64,000 nucleotides of DNA from Vicugna vicugna. Its lineage: Eukaryota. Location: assembly GCA_013265495.1 (NCBI GenBank), contig MU058687.1, positions 4,524,093 through 4,588,092 on the forward strand. The letters are read 5' to 3'. The notes beneath the pieces were generated by a model. That model had not been told where the DNA came from. It worked only from the letters and a program-made list of their open reading frames with translations, and did not search any database. Positions 1 to 12,539 of the stretch are shown here, piece after piece. Positions within the stretch are counted from its first letter, which is position 1, and each line of letters opens with the position of its first letter. Both the position numbers and the translations under genes were made by a program.

Positions 1-45
1 GTTTCTGATTGTGCTTACAAGGCACATTGAACTACACATACTCTC

Positions 46-2495
46 TCAACTCCAGAATCTGTCACCTTAAAGCAGAGCCAACTCCTTTCCTCCTTTGCTC
101 AATGGATGATGGGGTTGATGGCTGTTCTTTGCACATATTCATGTTGAGTAGGTGCTGTATAACATCACTTGTTCTTTTTTTAATGTGACTCACGACCAAA
201 TTACCCCAGCTTTCAGTAATCTCAAGGAAAAAAAAAAACACTTGCCATCTGCAATTTACTGCTTTTAACCTGAAAAAAAATAGGATCTAAAATGATACTC
301 AGATACTTAAGAGGCTTCACGTGTTATAGGCAGAAGCTGGCAGATGGCACATGGTGGTAGGCTGGTGCAACACAAGAAGGAAAGGCAGAGCTGAGTAGAC
401 AGTTGTGTGGAAAAGCTTGGGAAAGGGTTGTGACCATTTTTTTAACCAGAGATAATTAATTACTTCCTCTATTCTCCAAATGGCCAGTTTATAGATGTTC
501 TCAGTAACACTTTGCAGTTGATCTTCGGGGAGGGAACCTGTAAGTAATGATGCAGGAGGTCTTCACTTAGGTCTGTTGATCAGGGGACTATCTTAACCCT
601 TAGTTTTAAGCCATTCAATTTGGAATGATGTAAGATTCTTTTCTCTCTTCTTTGTATAACACATTTACTTGGATTTCTGTAACTGGAGATTAACGTTCCT
701 CTTTTAAATAACATCACAATTTCCCTTGGGGATGAGGGAGCAAAGAGCATTTCTTTGTGGAACATTTCTTAAAACTTTGTTTTTTGTGGACATATTATTC
801 AGCTCTGATGATATGTAACATAGTAGACTTTCAGGAAATATTTATGAAATATTGACACTGGGAAGACTTTATATATCCTTCTTAATCCCAGATTCCAGAA
901 ACTTGTACATTTTAGGATTTCAGAGAATTCGGCCCTGTCAACTTTATGCTGAATATAAGAGACATTTGACATCCAGTTGCTTCTGTCAGCATTTTCCAAC
1001 GTAGATTACAAGGCAGAAATATCCTGATGGGCATATCTTTGACACATAGTGATTATTTGAATTGATTTTAACAACATCCCATTTAGAAAGACTGAAAGGA
1101 CAAATGCAGCTGGATGTGTGTGGTAAAGTATGTACAGTGTGTATTTTGAAATATCTTTTAAGTTACAAGAATGTGGGTGATACCATTCACTTACTGCTGA
1201 AAACCTCTCAGTTGAACAAAGACAAGTATTTGCTTTGTTCCCTGATACACTCCATGCGTAATTTAAAATGGCAGAGCTAAGCCTCGGGTCTGTAGACCTT
1301 TGCTTTGGGAGACAGGAGCTGTCCGTGGTCCTGAATGGCTTAAGCTTTGGTACGGATAGACACAGAATGCCAAGGAAAGTGGCTGGAATCTCTTGACCTG
1401 CATTGACTTTAGTAATAAAGGCCCTGGAATAATGGAGTCCCAGGGAATTTAGCAAAGTAAGAGTAGAGATGGGTGGTTAGGAGTAGCCCAGACCATAGTT
1501 CAAAGCCCAGCAACATCTAAGCTGCAGATTCAGCTATAAAGTTTGAGCCCCATGGTTTATCCCAAGGCAGCAGTTTTCGAAGGTGGTTTTAAATAGTCTT
1601 AACAAATGCAACTACATTACCTGAGGTGATGAGCTTGCCTCACTTTTAAGGCAAGTGGCATTGAGCCTGCTTATTATTATTTGAATTACCAAATCTAAAG
1701 ACCAAGCCAGGTGCTGAGGTACTGAGGTACTGAAGCTGTGGCCTCTTTCCTGTTCTCTTCTCTCCCCTTCTGTCCTTTTCCTTCCTCACCTTGCCTCCCT
1801 TTTCTTTTCCTCTCTTCTCCCTTCCTTTTCTTTTCTCTCTCACTTCCACCTCTCCCTTTATTTTCCACTTTCTTTTCTCTTTTCTTCTCTTTCCTTCTTT
1901 GTCTCTCTACCTGTCTCTCTATGTCTCCCTTCAAGTTAACTCTGAGCCAACATTCAAATTTGGTAATTCAGGGATATGGGTCTTTATGGGTTTCATCTTT
2001 CAGAGGACATTTCAAACAGGTCCTCATCAGTGATGGAACTTATAGTTACTTTGACACTTTTTTCCAAAAATTAACTTCTTGGGACTTTATAAGGCTACCA
2101 TTTGAGCAATTCTGTCTACCTCCACAGAGGCTCATCTGATAGGTTTTCAGCTACCTCTCAATGATCATCCTCACTCCTCTCTTACTGTTTCCCTGTTCTG
2201 TGAAGCAGGTCCTGTGCTCCTCTCCAAGTGTAGATGAATAGTGATCTGCAGGGAACTCTTTGGGATCATAAGGAAAATAATTTCTTTTATGAGCATGGGA
2301 AACCTGGCATCTTTTGGTTTCAAGTAGGCAACTTCCTTCTTTCTCAAGGTAGATAAACTTGAGTTCATGGGAGCCACAGTCTAATGAAGTCATTGATCAC
2401 AGTGTTTTCCATCTCAAGGGAAATGCAAATCGCTAACTTTCTGACCTGGCGCCAACATAAGAAATGCAGTGATGACCTGCCACATCTGAATTCCT
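46..2495 (-). pseudogene. Fossil segment: Walker A, TAGT and C-terminal module of repeat D
   Basis: RQVRKLA~PQIGKTG; NYFPYDPK~DYIIHDPK; CLKC..YPLNYQI~CEQC..HPRYQL; QLQYL..FRF..CHLP~QLHFI..FVF..MRLP; DYLKPP~EYIKSP; PNH; NSLGLHYSRAFITKV~NSAGVGAAHFLIKEL; PFRTTDSSCL~PFIVISDDSCV; SNVSYIQHK~QNVQYNQNR; LLHHYLQ~LLEKFLQ; KNGHNPFPS~KNHDHPVLS; FSG*KQ*IAD~FSGLLLYLCD; candidate final TGA at 46-48. Confidence 0.85.
1742..1931. repeat. CT-rich (polypyrimidine) low-complexity tract
   Basis: About 190 bp almost entirely C/T on the + strand. It generates the spurious K/R/E-rich and F/S/L-rich ORFs in the track. Confidence 0.9.
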
Positions 2496-3374
2496 TCTTA
2501 CCCTTGGTGCACTCTGTTCACCCCCATTTTATATGGTCTCTACCTCATTTTCCCACATTATTTAATTTAGTAAGCACACATCCCCTGGCATGACCTATGT
2601 AAATATTGTAACTGAATTACTGTCTGTTTACTTAACTCATTACAGAAAACCATGATAAGCTTTTTAATTACAAAATTAGTTCTGCCAAATCAATTTCTTT
2701 CATTTAATGAACTGAAGAAAATGGCACAACAAGGATAAAATCATGCCCCTCTCCTATCCTTTTTAAGATAGACGCTTTGTCTAAAAATAATTGTTACAAT
2801 AGAAAGTAATAATGGCAGCAGCAACAGCAATGCTGATATCCTGGTCCAGGACTGTGTGGTTCCTTTAAACTGTTAAGCCATGCTAGACCCATTTATCCAG
2901 CACGACGTAAAGTACTCTTCTTGAACCTACACATTGTTCTCAGCCTTGTCCTGAACAACTTACTCTGACTCATCTAGCTCTTTACAAACCAATTTGTTTC
3001 TGATTTTTCTGGTTACTAATCTTATGGCTAAGTTTTCTGTATAATACCTTCCATCTTTATTTAGATTTGTCTCTCATATTTTTAAGATAACACCTCTTAA
3101 CTCTAATTTTTATGGCTGCTAAAGTTACACAGCTTTGGATCCCTTAGTGTAGACATGCATCTCTGATAAAGCAAGACCAAGCTCAAGAATGCTCTACCTA
3201 GTTTGTAACTAACAAGCTGGGATCATCTTGGACTCTCAAGCAGAAACTGTATAAATCTTAACAATAAAATAAGTGGTTTATATATGCTCTTTTTTGTTTT
3301 CTCCATTTTCATTGTAAAGGTAAATATTTAATCAGTTTGGTTTATATGTCTTGTTAAATGATTTTAATTTTACT

Positions 3375-3600
3375 TTATTTAACATAATTGCTTTGGGAAA
3401 AGTTCGGGAATATGGCCAACTGTGAAATCGTAATTTCCATGGAGAACTTCTGGAATATTTTATTTAAATGTTTCTGCAATGCTGCACCCATGGTTAAATC
3501 TGGAGAGGAATATTTGAGGAAAAGAAGCTGTCCCTTATGGAAATGAGAAAGAATACCTATATGGGAAATTCTTCTCATTCTTTATCCTTTATTCATGCCT
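3375..3600 (-). pseudogene. Fossil segment: start of repeat D
   Basis: ORF 3375..3578 SSPDLTMGAALQKHLNKIFQKFSMEITISQLAIFPNFSQSNY ~ PSPSVMWASSFRPLLSKTMTSTEQSLYYRQWTVPRPSHMDY. Confidence 0.55.
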
Positions 3601-3678
3601 ATTTCTCACAAATGAGATTATTTATACTGTCTCTAATTAGACTTATTTCAAACTCTCAAGCTAAAAGAAATTAATGAG

Positions 3679-5370
3679 TCATTGCTCAGTGAAACACACA
3701 GTATGTAATCATGAGAGTTCTAAAACTGTTGCAACATTAGACCAACAGTGTCCTTACGGAAATTTTTATGCTTTCTTTCTCTGGCTAAGGCCAGATGCTT
3801 ATGAAAACAGACTTAACACTTTTTGCCTATGGCTAGAAAATCAAGAGAAAAAATTGAAAGCTATGTATTATTTATGTTGCAGCACATAATTTGAGAACTA
3901 TAGATCCAGGAGACCAGACATTTTTTCCCCCACTAATGTATTGGAACAGAATTCTCTTAATGTGTTTACAGATGCATTGCTATCAATTACATAATTTCTT
4001 CCTTTGTACATTCCTCCTTTTTGGCCAAACTCTTGGTGATTGAGTCGAAAATGGTTATTGCCTAGTAAGATGTGGTATATAAAGAATAACATATTTCTTT
4101 GGATTTCTCAGTTAGGAGGTCAGCATGCGTTTGCCCAGCCCCTCATCTGATGGCCACAGACTGTTGGCTCTCACTACTGCCTAAAGTGGTGCAATAATTG
4201 ATTTAGAAGTTTGCTACTTTTACCTGGGATACTTTAGGGCAACGTAAGACAATTAAGTCTGAAGAGGAATAAGAAGGAATCTTTGAGCTATTGTAGATCT
4301 AAAGATGTCGTAACTGTGAATCCTAAAGTTGTGACATGGCACGCTCACCTCAGAAAATTGTCTTCATGGAATTCAGTTGCATTTTGTCTCAAGGATTCCA
4401 CACTCAAGTAATTCTGCATGTTCTCATTAAAGCAAGAACTAACTTCCTAACGTAGTTACTGGGAATTTCCACCAAAGGATTCCAGCCTTTGGGACCTGTT
4501 TTGCAAATAGCCTTTATGTCATAAGTCAGAACGCTGCGTGAGAAATTTCTCCTTGAAAAGAGATCACTGCTTTTGACAGTTGGCTTTTCCCAGTGCAGTT
4601 ATCACACTGCACATGGCTGATGTGTGTGCATGTGTTGGGAAGGGTCTCCATTCCCTGGAACCATAATGTCAGGTTTCATATTGTCTGAGATTAGCATCTC
4701 TTCAAAATCAACCATGTACCACTTTCTCTCCAGATCGACTTCCCTGCTGACCATAACTAGTTATATAATCCTGCGTCTTCCATTATCCTGACTGCTGATC
4801 CGTGCCTGATGGCTATGCCAGGTCTCACAACGCCACAAGCTTTTGATTGCTGCACTCTAAGCTGCTTAATAAGACAATTAAAAATGATTTACAAATGGCC
4901 GTCACAATACAACTGGCGATCAGGAAGAGAATGTTCTACGTGCTGCATTATTAAAAATGCATGCCCTTCTACAGCTTCTTTTGCAGCTGCCTTTAATTCA
5001 AATACTGGTTTCCTTCTTGTTTTTTTTTCCCCCCAAATATTACCCTTTACGAAAGTCTCTTCTAAATCACACATATCTGGAAAGAGTTCAAGCGATGTGT
5101 CACTAATACTGGGTTTTTCTGAAAGCTTTTTTCTTGTAGTAGGGGTGATAGTGGAGTCGGGGGAACTGTGTAGAAACCTAGAGCATTTAAGAGGTAGTAC
5201 AAATAGTCTTTCATCAAGCAGACTCATTCTCAGCTTGAGGGTCAAACCTAATTTAGTCACTGACACATCCATCCTGATGCATTTCCTCTTTCCTCTTCAC
5301 TCTTATTGCTGCATTGATTAAAATGGGCAAATTTCCCAAAGATTCTATTGTGAGTCACGCAAAAGTTCAT
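3679..5370 (-). pseudogene. Fossil exon part: TAGT glycosyltransferase plus C-terminal module of repeat C
   Basis: ccattttctgtag| at 5370. RIFGKFAHFN~RMRLSKYAAYN; SPDSTITPTTR~IKSPTFTPTTG; AVEGHAFLIMQHVEHSL~AGVGAAHFLIKELSYHNL; VRIMED~IVISDD; SREV..KPDIM~SREF..APDIM; W..T..S..FSR; HADLLTEK~PAQLLLEK; MSGLL..FNFF~FSGLL..FHFL. Confidence 0.85.
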
Positions 5371-5689
5371 CTACAGAAAATGGAAACTTATCAGAAATAA
5401 CGGCCTTGGTATTTTTAATGTGATGACTGAATAGTTAAGGCAAAATCTCATCTCATCTTGTATATGTGGAAAATGCTCATTTTTTGGTTTTATTTAGTAG
5501 AGTTTTTTTTTTAGTCCAGAAAAGTAAAAATTGATATTGACCCAAATATTAAGAAGATTCTCTGTTTTTAGTACTGAGACTCAAGGATTAATAAGATTGG
5601 CATTGACTGGCTTACTGTAACTTTTCCGAGGAACGGTGTATGGAATGGATTAAAAAAATAATTTTTGAAGCCATGTATCCCTGTATTTC

Positions 5690-5875
5690 ATTCTCTTCCC
5701 GGTCATTTAGTAAAATATGGACCTTGAGAAAGATGCTACACCCACCTGAGATTCCATTTTCTTACGAATAGAGTATATATATGCATTCTGACATTTCACG
5801 TTTACAATGACTGTTGCATAGGGCGATCTGTGTGAAGTGCCTGGCTTGCTGTAGGTGCTCAGAAAGTGTTAACTT
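5690..5875 (+). mobile_element. MIR SINE fragment
   Basis: MIR-like core and end: gtgtgaagtgcctggcttgctgtaggtgctcagaaagtgttaact. Confidence 0.6.
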
Positions 5876-5899
5876 CCTTCAGTCCTCCCACTCAGCTCA

Positions 5900-6274
5900 G
5901 GAGCATGGATGGAGACATGAGTACTGCTGTGTATGGCACAGGTATGTCCTGATGTACACTGAGATGCTAAGCAGTTTGATGATGAAATTACTGATTCGGC
6001 GCCACATCATAACATTTTATGATATACTTTGAAATTAACCCCTCCTATGTGTATCAGTAGCCTAGTCTTGTGCTATTTTTAAATAATGTGAATGATACAG
6101 TGATGGTGAACATGTGATATATTTTCAGGGAATTTCCTTTTTTATTTATATAGAACTTCCTGCAACATCCTGCGTATTGAACCAGCTTTAAAATAAAACC
6201 GATAAACACGTCACTGGAAACCAGGGACAACTGAGCCACTTACATCGTGTGGACAATTCCTTTTCTGATTATCC
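5900..6274 (-). pseudogene. Probable fossil exon of repeat C (degenerate Walker A region)
   Basis: ccttacccctaatctcag| at 6274. SGSVVPGFQ*R~EGRVDGFHPRR; KYIIKCYDVA~DYIIHDPKYEDA. The 3' boundary is not located. Confidence 0.5.
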
Positions 6275-8869
6275 CTGAGATTAGGGGTAAGGAAGAGGTT
6301 CATGTGATATCCTACAGGACTCCCCTTGGACTCCTAACTCTGTTTCTCCCCTCTCTAACCTGCAAGACTCCTATTCACCTTGAGGAGCACCCTTAATTTA
6401 ATGGCTTATGATGAAGACCAGCTCACCTTCAGGCTTTTCAAAACCCCATAATCAGGAAGGCAAATCCTGGGCAAAAGCTTCTGATCAGAACAGTCCCTCT
6501 TACCTCCTCTGTGCTCTTAACTTCTTGTTATTATTTCCACCAGATTTTTTGCATGTAATCTTTTCTCTCCTCTATTTCAATTAGATGATTACTATTCAAC
6601 CATTCAGTCAGCATTGTCTGTAGATGTACTGTCTGTGCTCTCTCTTTCCCATCCAGACCAGCCTCAAATCAGCCCTTCTTCTTTGCCTTTGGAGGACTCA
6701 TCTTTCTCAGAGAGATGGAGATATCAGTCCATGACTTGACTGTTTGAATTGAAGCAGAAGCAATGACAGTAGTGACATAATGACCCAATGCTTTTGAACT
6801 AGGCCTTGTGAATCACCCTTATTATCTCACCATCATCATGGGCCTTACCCCGTCCTCAGCATGGGACATCCATGCACTGAGTCACTCTGCATTAACCCCC
6901 ACAGTGGGGAGAAGAGATAATCTATTGCAAGAGCTAGTACAGGATAGAGTTAGCACACAGATTTTTCTCTTGGTGCTACTGTGTCTCTTTCAACCAAAGA
7001 TGACAAATATTTTCCTAGGGTTCTAAAATGATTTTCTTGTCATCTGCTTAACTCAGCCAAATGATTGCACAGTCATATATACCTTGAATTTGGTTGTTAG
7101 AGGAAGTTAGTTGACATTCATATATCAGATCTCAGTGGATAAAATGGATAATTTAAGAGGGAGAATTTCTTATTCTGTATTAAATATAATCATTTAAAAT
7201 CTATGACAAGTATTCAAGATTCTGCTTATATATTTTAATAACATGTTGACTTTGAATAAATGTATAATGACATTAAATATTTAAGGTGTTTAATTTTTCC
7301 TATCATGACAAGTCTCAGTTCCTGATATGCTGATTATCTTTGGTAATACTCTCTGACTCCACAAGCTGATGATTTTCCTATTGCTCCGCTCTTTCTAGGC
7401 TGATGTCATTCTTCCACTGTCCTCTAATGCTTGTTTACCTTTCCATTCTTCCTGGAGCCTGTTGTACCTTTTGCTCAACTTTCTACCTTAGCAAATATGA
7501 CAAGACTTCAAAAGTCTTTACTGGCCATAGAAACCATCATTCATGTTTCTCTACTTAGAATTTATCATGAAGTTTAATCCCTAAATCCATACTGTTTCAT
7601 ATTGTTTTCCATGGCACTCAGTGTATTCTTTTCCTCCTCCAGTAGAGTACACATTTCTTGAATTTAAGAGAACATGGAGACTAGGGACACTTTTCCAGCC
7701 CATGTGATGTCCTCACAACACTGAACACAATACATGGATTGACTAAGTGCTTAGTGGTTGGTGAGTCAGTGGCTTGCTTGCTGGTAGTTGCACAGTAGTT
7801 GTTGCACTCACTCTTCAATAATGGCCCTCCAGACCATAATTTACAGATGCTCCTCCCCACCCCCAGTTATCCTTAGACATATATTGCTTTACACCCTCTG
7901 CTTTGCCTTAGCGTGGTTGTTATTGTGAGAGAATTGTCCCCAGACTATTGGTGATGGTGGTGATGATGATGATAGTATAGAGTCCTTTGTGTAAAAATAG
8001 AGATTATGTGCTATGATCAATTGTCAATTAGTCAAATATTTATGGAGCACCTACTATATGCTAGGACTGTCTACTGACTTATAGAGAAGGAAGGTGTATA
8101 CTTTAATCTTAAGAATCTCAAAAGGAGAGGGAGAAATTTTATACCCAAAGCTAGTGTTACAGGAAGGTAAATAGAAGTTAACACGGTCAGGAATAGAAAT
8201 GCAAGCAGAGGAGGGCGTCTCAGAGGACATACTTCCGATTGCTGTGGGCTTGTTTGTTTATCTTGACTAGATTTCTATGCTAGGAGGTAACAAAAAGTGA
8301 CAACAGACACCTAGATCCAACAACATTCAGTATTCTAAATAAGCTGGAATTGAGAGTGAAGCCTTGGCTGGACTTTCACATTGTATCTTAAATGTCTCTC
8401 ATCTTGATCTCTATTATCTATAGAAAGAAATTGAAATTAGCTGCAGGAGATGATCAGTAAAGACCTGATCTCTCTTGGTCCACAGGATTTAAGGATGATC
8501 TTTGCTTTTATTAACTGTAATTGTGCTATACTTCAACTCAGAAAGGGTAGTGTCTATCTCACTAGAAGAGTGAGCTCTGTTTTGACTCAACCCAGTTGAT
8601 ACAGGGATTGTGGGACTGTTTTTCTCCCCCAGAATTCTAAAGGAGCTTTGTTATACAGCATTCTCTACTTTGTTTCTTTCCAGCTCGTTACTTTCCCTGA
8701 CTCAGGAATCCCAGTCACTAACTCTTACCCTGGGCTCTTTGGAATCCATTTTCTGTTGTGCGCAAACCCTATATATGTTTCCCTCTGTAATTTCCATCTG
8801 AGTTGAATTCAGCTGGAAACCCTTGCTTCTCATGATGCTGAGTAGACTCTTTCCCACTCTAGTATCCAA

Positions 8870-9290
8870 GCGAGTATCACTGAACAGCAAACATCTCCCC
8901 CTTTGACACGTGTGCTCTCTGACTAACTACATCGTAGAGGATGAATGTTTCTCCTTTGTAGAGGCGTCAGTACTTTGGCTTTTTGACTTTTGTTGTTCTG
9001 TCTCAGGCAAGCATATTCGGAGATACCAGCATTCACGTGGATGGCACTTCTAAGCATCAAGTTTCCTCCACCTCCTCCATGCCAGTGGCCTCCCCTTGGG
9101 GCCTCCCAGTGTCTACCCCTTCACTTCTCATCACTCCTCTGTCTTCACTTTCTATTTCTCACAGCCTGGATCCTACTCACTGGGACCAAAGATTCCCGTT
9201 GGAATCTCGCATTCCCTCAGCACTTTAACTTTTCCCTCTGCCGTGACCACAACTGGAATACGCACCTTCATCAATTCAGAAAGTTACAGG
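8870..9290 (+). mobile_element. L2 LINE internal (endonuclease) fragment
   Basis: IFGDTSIHVD resembles the APE-endonuclease motif GDFNIHVD; CT-rich L2-like sequence follows. Confidence 0.55.
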
Positions 9291-9663
9291 AGATCTTGCC
9301 TGGGACCTCCATGCACTTCAACATTTTTTTATTAGCGTTTTATAGAGTTAATATCTAATTTCCCATAGTAATTGTCTAAAGACTTTTATATTTTCTTTAG
9401 TGTTTATATACCTCACCAATCCCCATTACATAAGGCCTCCTCCTTTACTGAAATTTTTTTAAAAAATTCCAATTTGATCTTTTTTCACCTTTCCTTCCTC
9501 TATCTCAGAATTGATTAGCCTTTGAACTTTGAAACTTCTGTATCACCTGGGTGTGGGGAAAAGTGTGGCCTCTTTTCAGGTTAGCCTGTCATTATGACCT
9601 TCAGATCTTCTCTCATTTCCTGAAATTTTGTTCCCTAAATTTTATATCATATATACTCATTAC

Positions 9664-9972
9664 CCACTGAATGGGTTTCCATTGTTTGTAAGTATACTTG
9701 AAGTGGTAGAGCTTGAAATTAATTTTCTAGGGCTTTAATAATTGTGGGTTTCATAGAAGGCTTCAGTTCCAGAAGGAAGACTTAGATTCAGGTAAGGAAA
9801 CAGGGAGGACACATCAATGGGAGATGGCCAGACTGTTCCAAAATATAGAAATTACAGGTCCATCAAGTGTTCCAAAATATATTAATTGCAGGCCCATCAA
9901 TCACTGAGATGTAGACTTAAGAATTCACCCTCCCTTGGTTAGAATTGAATTATCATCCAGTAGAGACCAATC
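9664..9972 (-). pseudogene. Fossil exon of repeat C
   Basis: atacatttag| ... |gtaatg. WSLLDDNSILTKG~WVLQASQCSLTKA; QSGHLP/VSSLFP~SSGLPKAASLLP; SMKPTIIK~SFRPLLSK; YTYKQWKP~LYYRQWTVP. Confidence 0.75.
9834..9901. repeat. 34-bp imperfect tandem duplication
   Basis: tgttccaaaatatagaaattacaggtccatcaag followed by tgttccaaaatatattaattgcaggcccatcaat. Confidence 0.9.
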
Positions 9973-10890
9973 CTAAATGTATAGAAGATATCCATGACTC
10001 TAGCTGGGGCAGACATAACTGGAACGTCATATCTTTTATGCAAGATTGCAAACTCTCTGAGAACAGTAGTCTTCCTCACTTAGCAATATTTTGTATACAA
10101 TGTATTTAATAGATTTTTGTTGTTGTTGTTGCACTAGGTTAAAATTTAATTTACTTCAGGCTTAATGTTTGTCCTTCAACCAACACATATTTATTGAGCA
10201 TCTATTATGGGAAAGTGGTTGGACTAGGACAAAAAGGGATCCAAGGGGGTGTAAGATCTTTATTCTGCATTCTAAGAGTCTGCAGTATAGGTAGATAGAA
10301 GAGACACCCGGTTAAAATTGTCAGTGTGCCTTAGACAAAGTATTTAATATATCCAACAATTTTTTCATATGCAAAATGAGCAATTAGAGTTGGTCTTTTA
10401 GTGTTCTTATAACTCTAAAACTCCCAGTGAAATAGCCATTTCCATGACTGTATCTGTGTCAAATGGGTGCTATCCATAAAGTACTACAGGTATGCAGAAA
10501 AGAAAGATATCTGGAGACTGAGGTAGACAGGTATTCATGGTGGTGTTGGAATTTGAACTGAGCCTTAAAGGATAGACTTAGCTGGAAAATTGTTCTCCAT
10601 CACTGAATAGCATGAGTGGCGTGGGCCAGGTGCAGAGAGAATACACTACCTGATTTGTGTGTGTGGTGGAAGGTTCGGCAAGGAGCACTTCTAGAATGAC
10701 CCTGCCTTTTCCCACTCTAGATTTCCCCTATCTCTGCATATTTGTTTCTACATTTTCAGAATCTAGCTGTTCTAGTCATACCAACTATCTTTTTTTTTTA
10801 AAAAAAAAATCTGTGTTCTGTATGATACGGGGAATTTGAGGTAGTCAGAATTTCAAGAGAAGATTATGCTTTCTTGATGCCTGAACATAC

Positions 10891-11507
10891 CCAACCTCTT
10901 GAGTTCGGGATGCAAATCGGTGGCTCCCTGGATTGCTTGTCTGGCCCTGTCACAAATCAAGGACTGTTACATCTCAATAATTTTTCAAGGGGAGGATTAT
11001 TTCTCTGTTAAGGTATGCTTCTGAGGAGGAAGTGAATGCAAATAACCCTTTCAGGAGACGTTTAAACACACAGACTCCTCACTTAGGGCCCAATTAGTAA
11101 GAAAAACCCACTCTACAAGGTTCTGCTCTGCCCTTGAAATTAGACTTCAAAAAACATGCATTGACTTCCCCCAGGCACAGAAGCAGGATCCATGTTTTAA
11201 TTCTGACCTTAATTAAACCTTTACACAAGTTCTTTATTTTACTCTCCAGCCGTTGAAGAAGAGCAGGTAGAGAGAAAGGAACTGAGTACATTTTCTCTTC
11301 CCTGAGTGGTATATCCCAAATTTTCTTTCTTTTTCCTTTTTTTTGAAACAGAGGGAAATTGGATTTTGAGGTAAAGCCACAGGGAAGTTATGATAGCAGT
11401 ACTTGTAGAAAATAGTTGAAATTAGTGCCTAGAAATTATTCCAGTTTCTCTCTCACCTCTCACTAGAGTCTAGTTACATTTCCTTGCACTTAGAAAAACC
11501 AAAATCC
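10891..11507 (-). pseudogene. Fossil exon of repeat C (helicase-like region)
   Basis: atctttcag| ... |gtatgt. VTRL**EVRE~VDRLLNCREVKE; FPVAL~FPYAL; IKTWILL~IRTFVLV; PCRVG..VFKRL..EIIL~PCGHG..AYERL..EIIL; LDL*..TQEVG~CDLR..EQELG. Confidence 0.8.
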
Positions 11508-12539
11508 CTGAAAGATACTGCATTGGTGATAATTCTGTAATTAGTTCCACACCATGCATAATGATATCATCCTATGGAATACGAGGGAAAGCTCCAAATG
11601 ATAATTCACCTTGCATTTAAATGTAGACAAGGCATTTAAATGCATGCCTGATCAGAAGAGCAGGTATGATGTTTATATGTGTGCAGAAGTGTCCGATTTT
11701 TATGCTCTTCTATCTCCCTTCTTTTTGGGCTGTTGTTGAAAATGTATGTAAACAAAATTATAGCCAAGAGAGATAGCCCTGCATCTGAATTTTAAGTTCT
11801 TGTTCTTCTGAAGAAAGAGTTTTTTGCTTATTTAGTTTTTTTTTTTTTTGGTCCCATTGGGAAAATAATCCCAGTTGGGGTAAATTGGGGTTAGTGGACC
11901 CTGCTCTGTGCAACTATAATGTTCAGGAGTAAAAGAAAAGTCAATATTACATCCCAGTACATCTAGAACCGGAAGAAATATTTAACTTTATCTTGAAACA
12001 ATCCTAAAAATAAAAGGACAATTCTAGATCTGACACAGTGAGCATAGGAAAGAACTCTTTTACTGACGGAAGCATATTTTAAATTACCGTCTCACATTTA
12101 ACATTTGGGTTAATTATTCTTCATGCATCTGTATAGAAAGCAAGTAATAAATGAAGCAAAATATTTGGGGGAAATTGCCACAGAGAAGCAATGACTTGCT
12201 AGGAAAAAGGCAGCAATACTGGAGGTGTGCAGCCCTGAGTTTGAATCTTGACTGTGATGTTTACCAGACTCCTAACTTTGAGCTTCAATTACTTTTATCT
12301 GTAGAATGGAGAGGAAAATAATAGCCCTCAGAATATCAGTAAAAAATAGATAAATTTATCTTTTCACCTCGTATTTGTCCTGATCAATTTATCTTTTTTT
12401 TTTCATCTTATTGCATTTACTTTTAACAATGTTGAGTATCTCTGAAAGACAGAAAGGGAGGACAGGGGAAAAAAAAAAAAAAGGAAGAATGTAAGGCAAA
12501 GGGAAAAAGGAAAGTATCTATTTGTTATTTTGTCTTTGA

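Noticed and set aside
1646..2139. Overlapping K/R/E-rich and F/S/L-rich ORFs
   Set aside because: They are by-products of the CT-rich tract. Only the QLQYL..CHLP tail belongs to the pseudogene.
3679..3681. TGA as the final stop codon of the fossil gene
   Set aside because: It matches the GREB1 C-terminus position, but GREB1-like sequence resumes about 100 bp later (repeat D), so it is not clearly the end.
4809..5321. 170-aa plus-strand ORF, the longest in the track
   Set aside because: No recognisable protein; it is the antisense shadow of the fossil TAGT exon.
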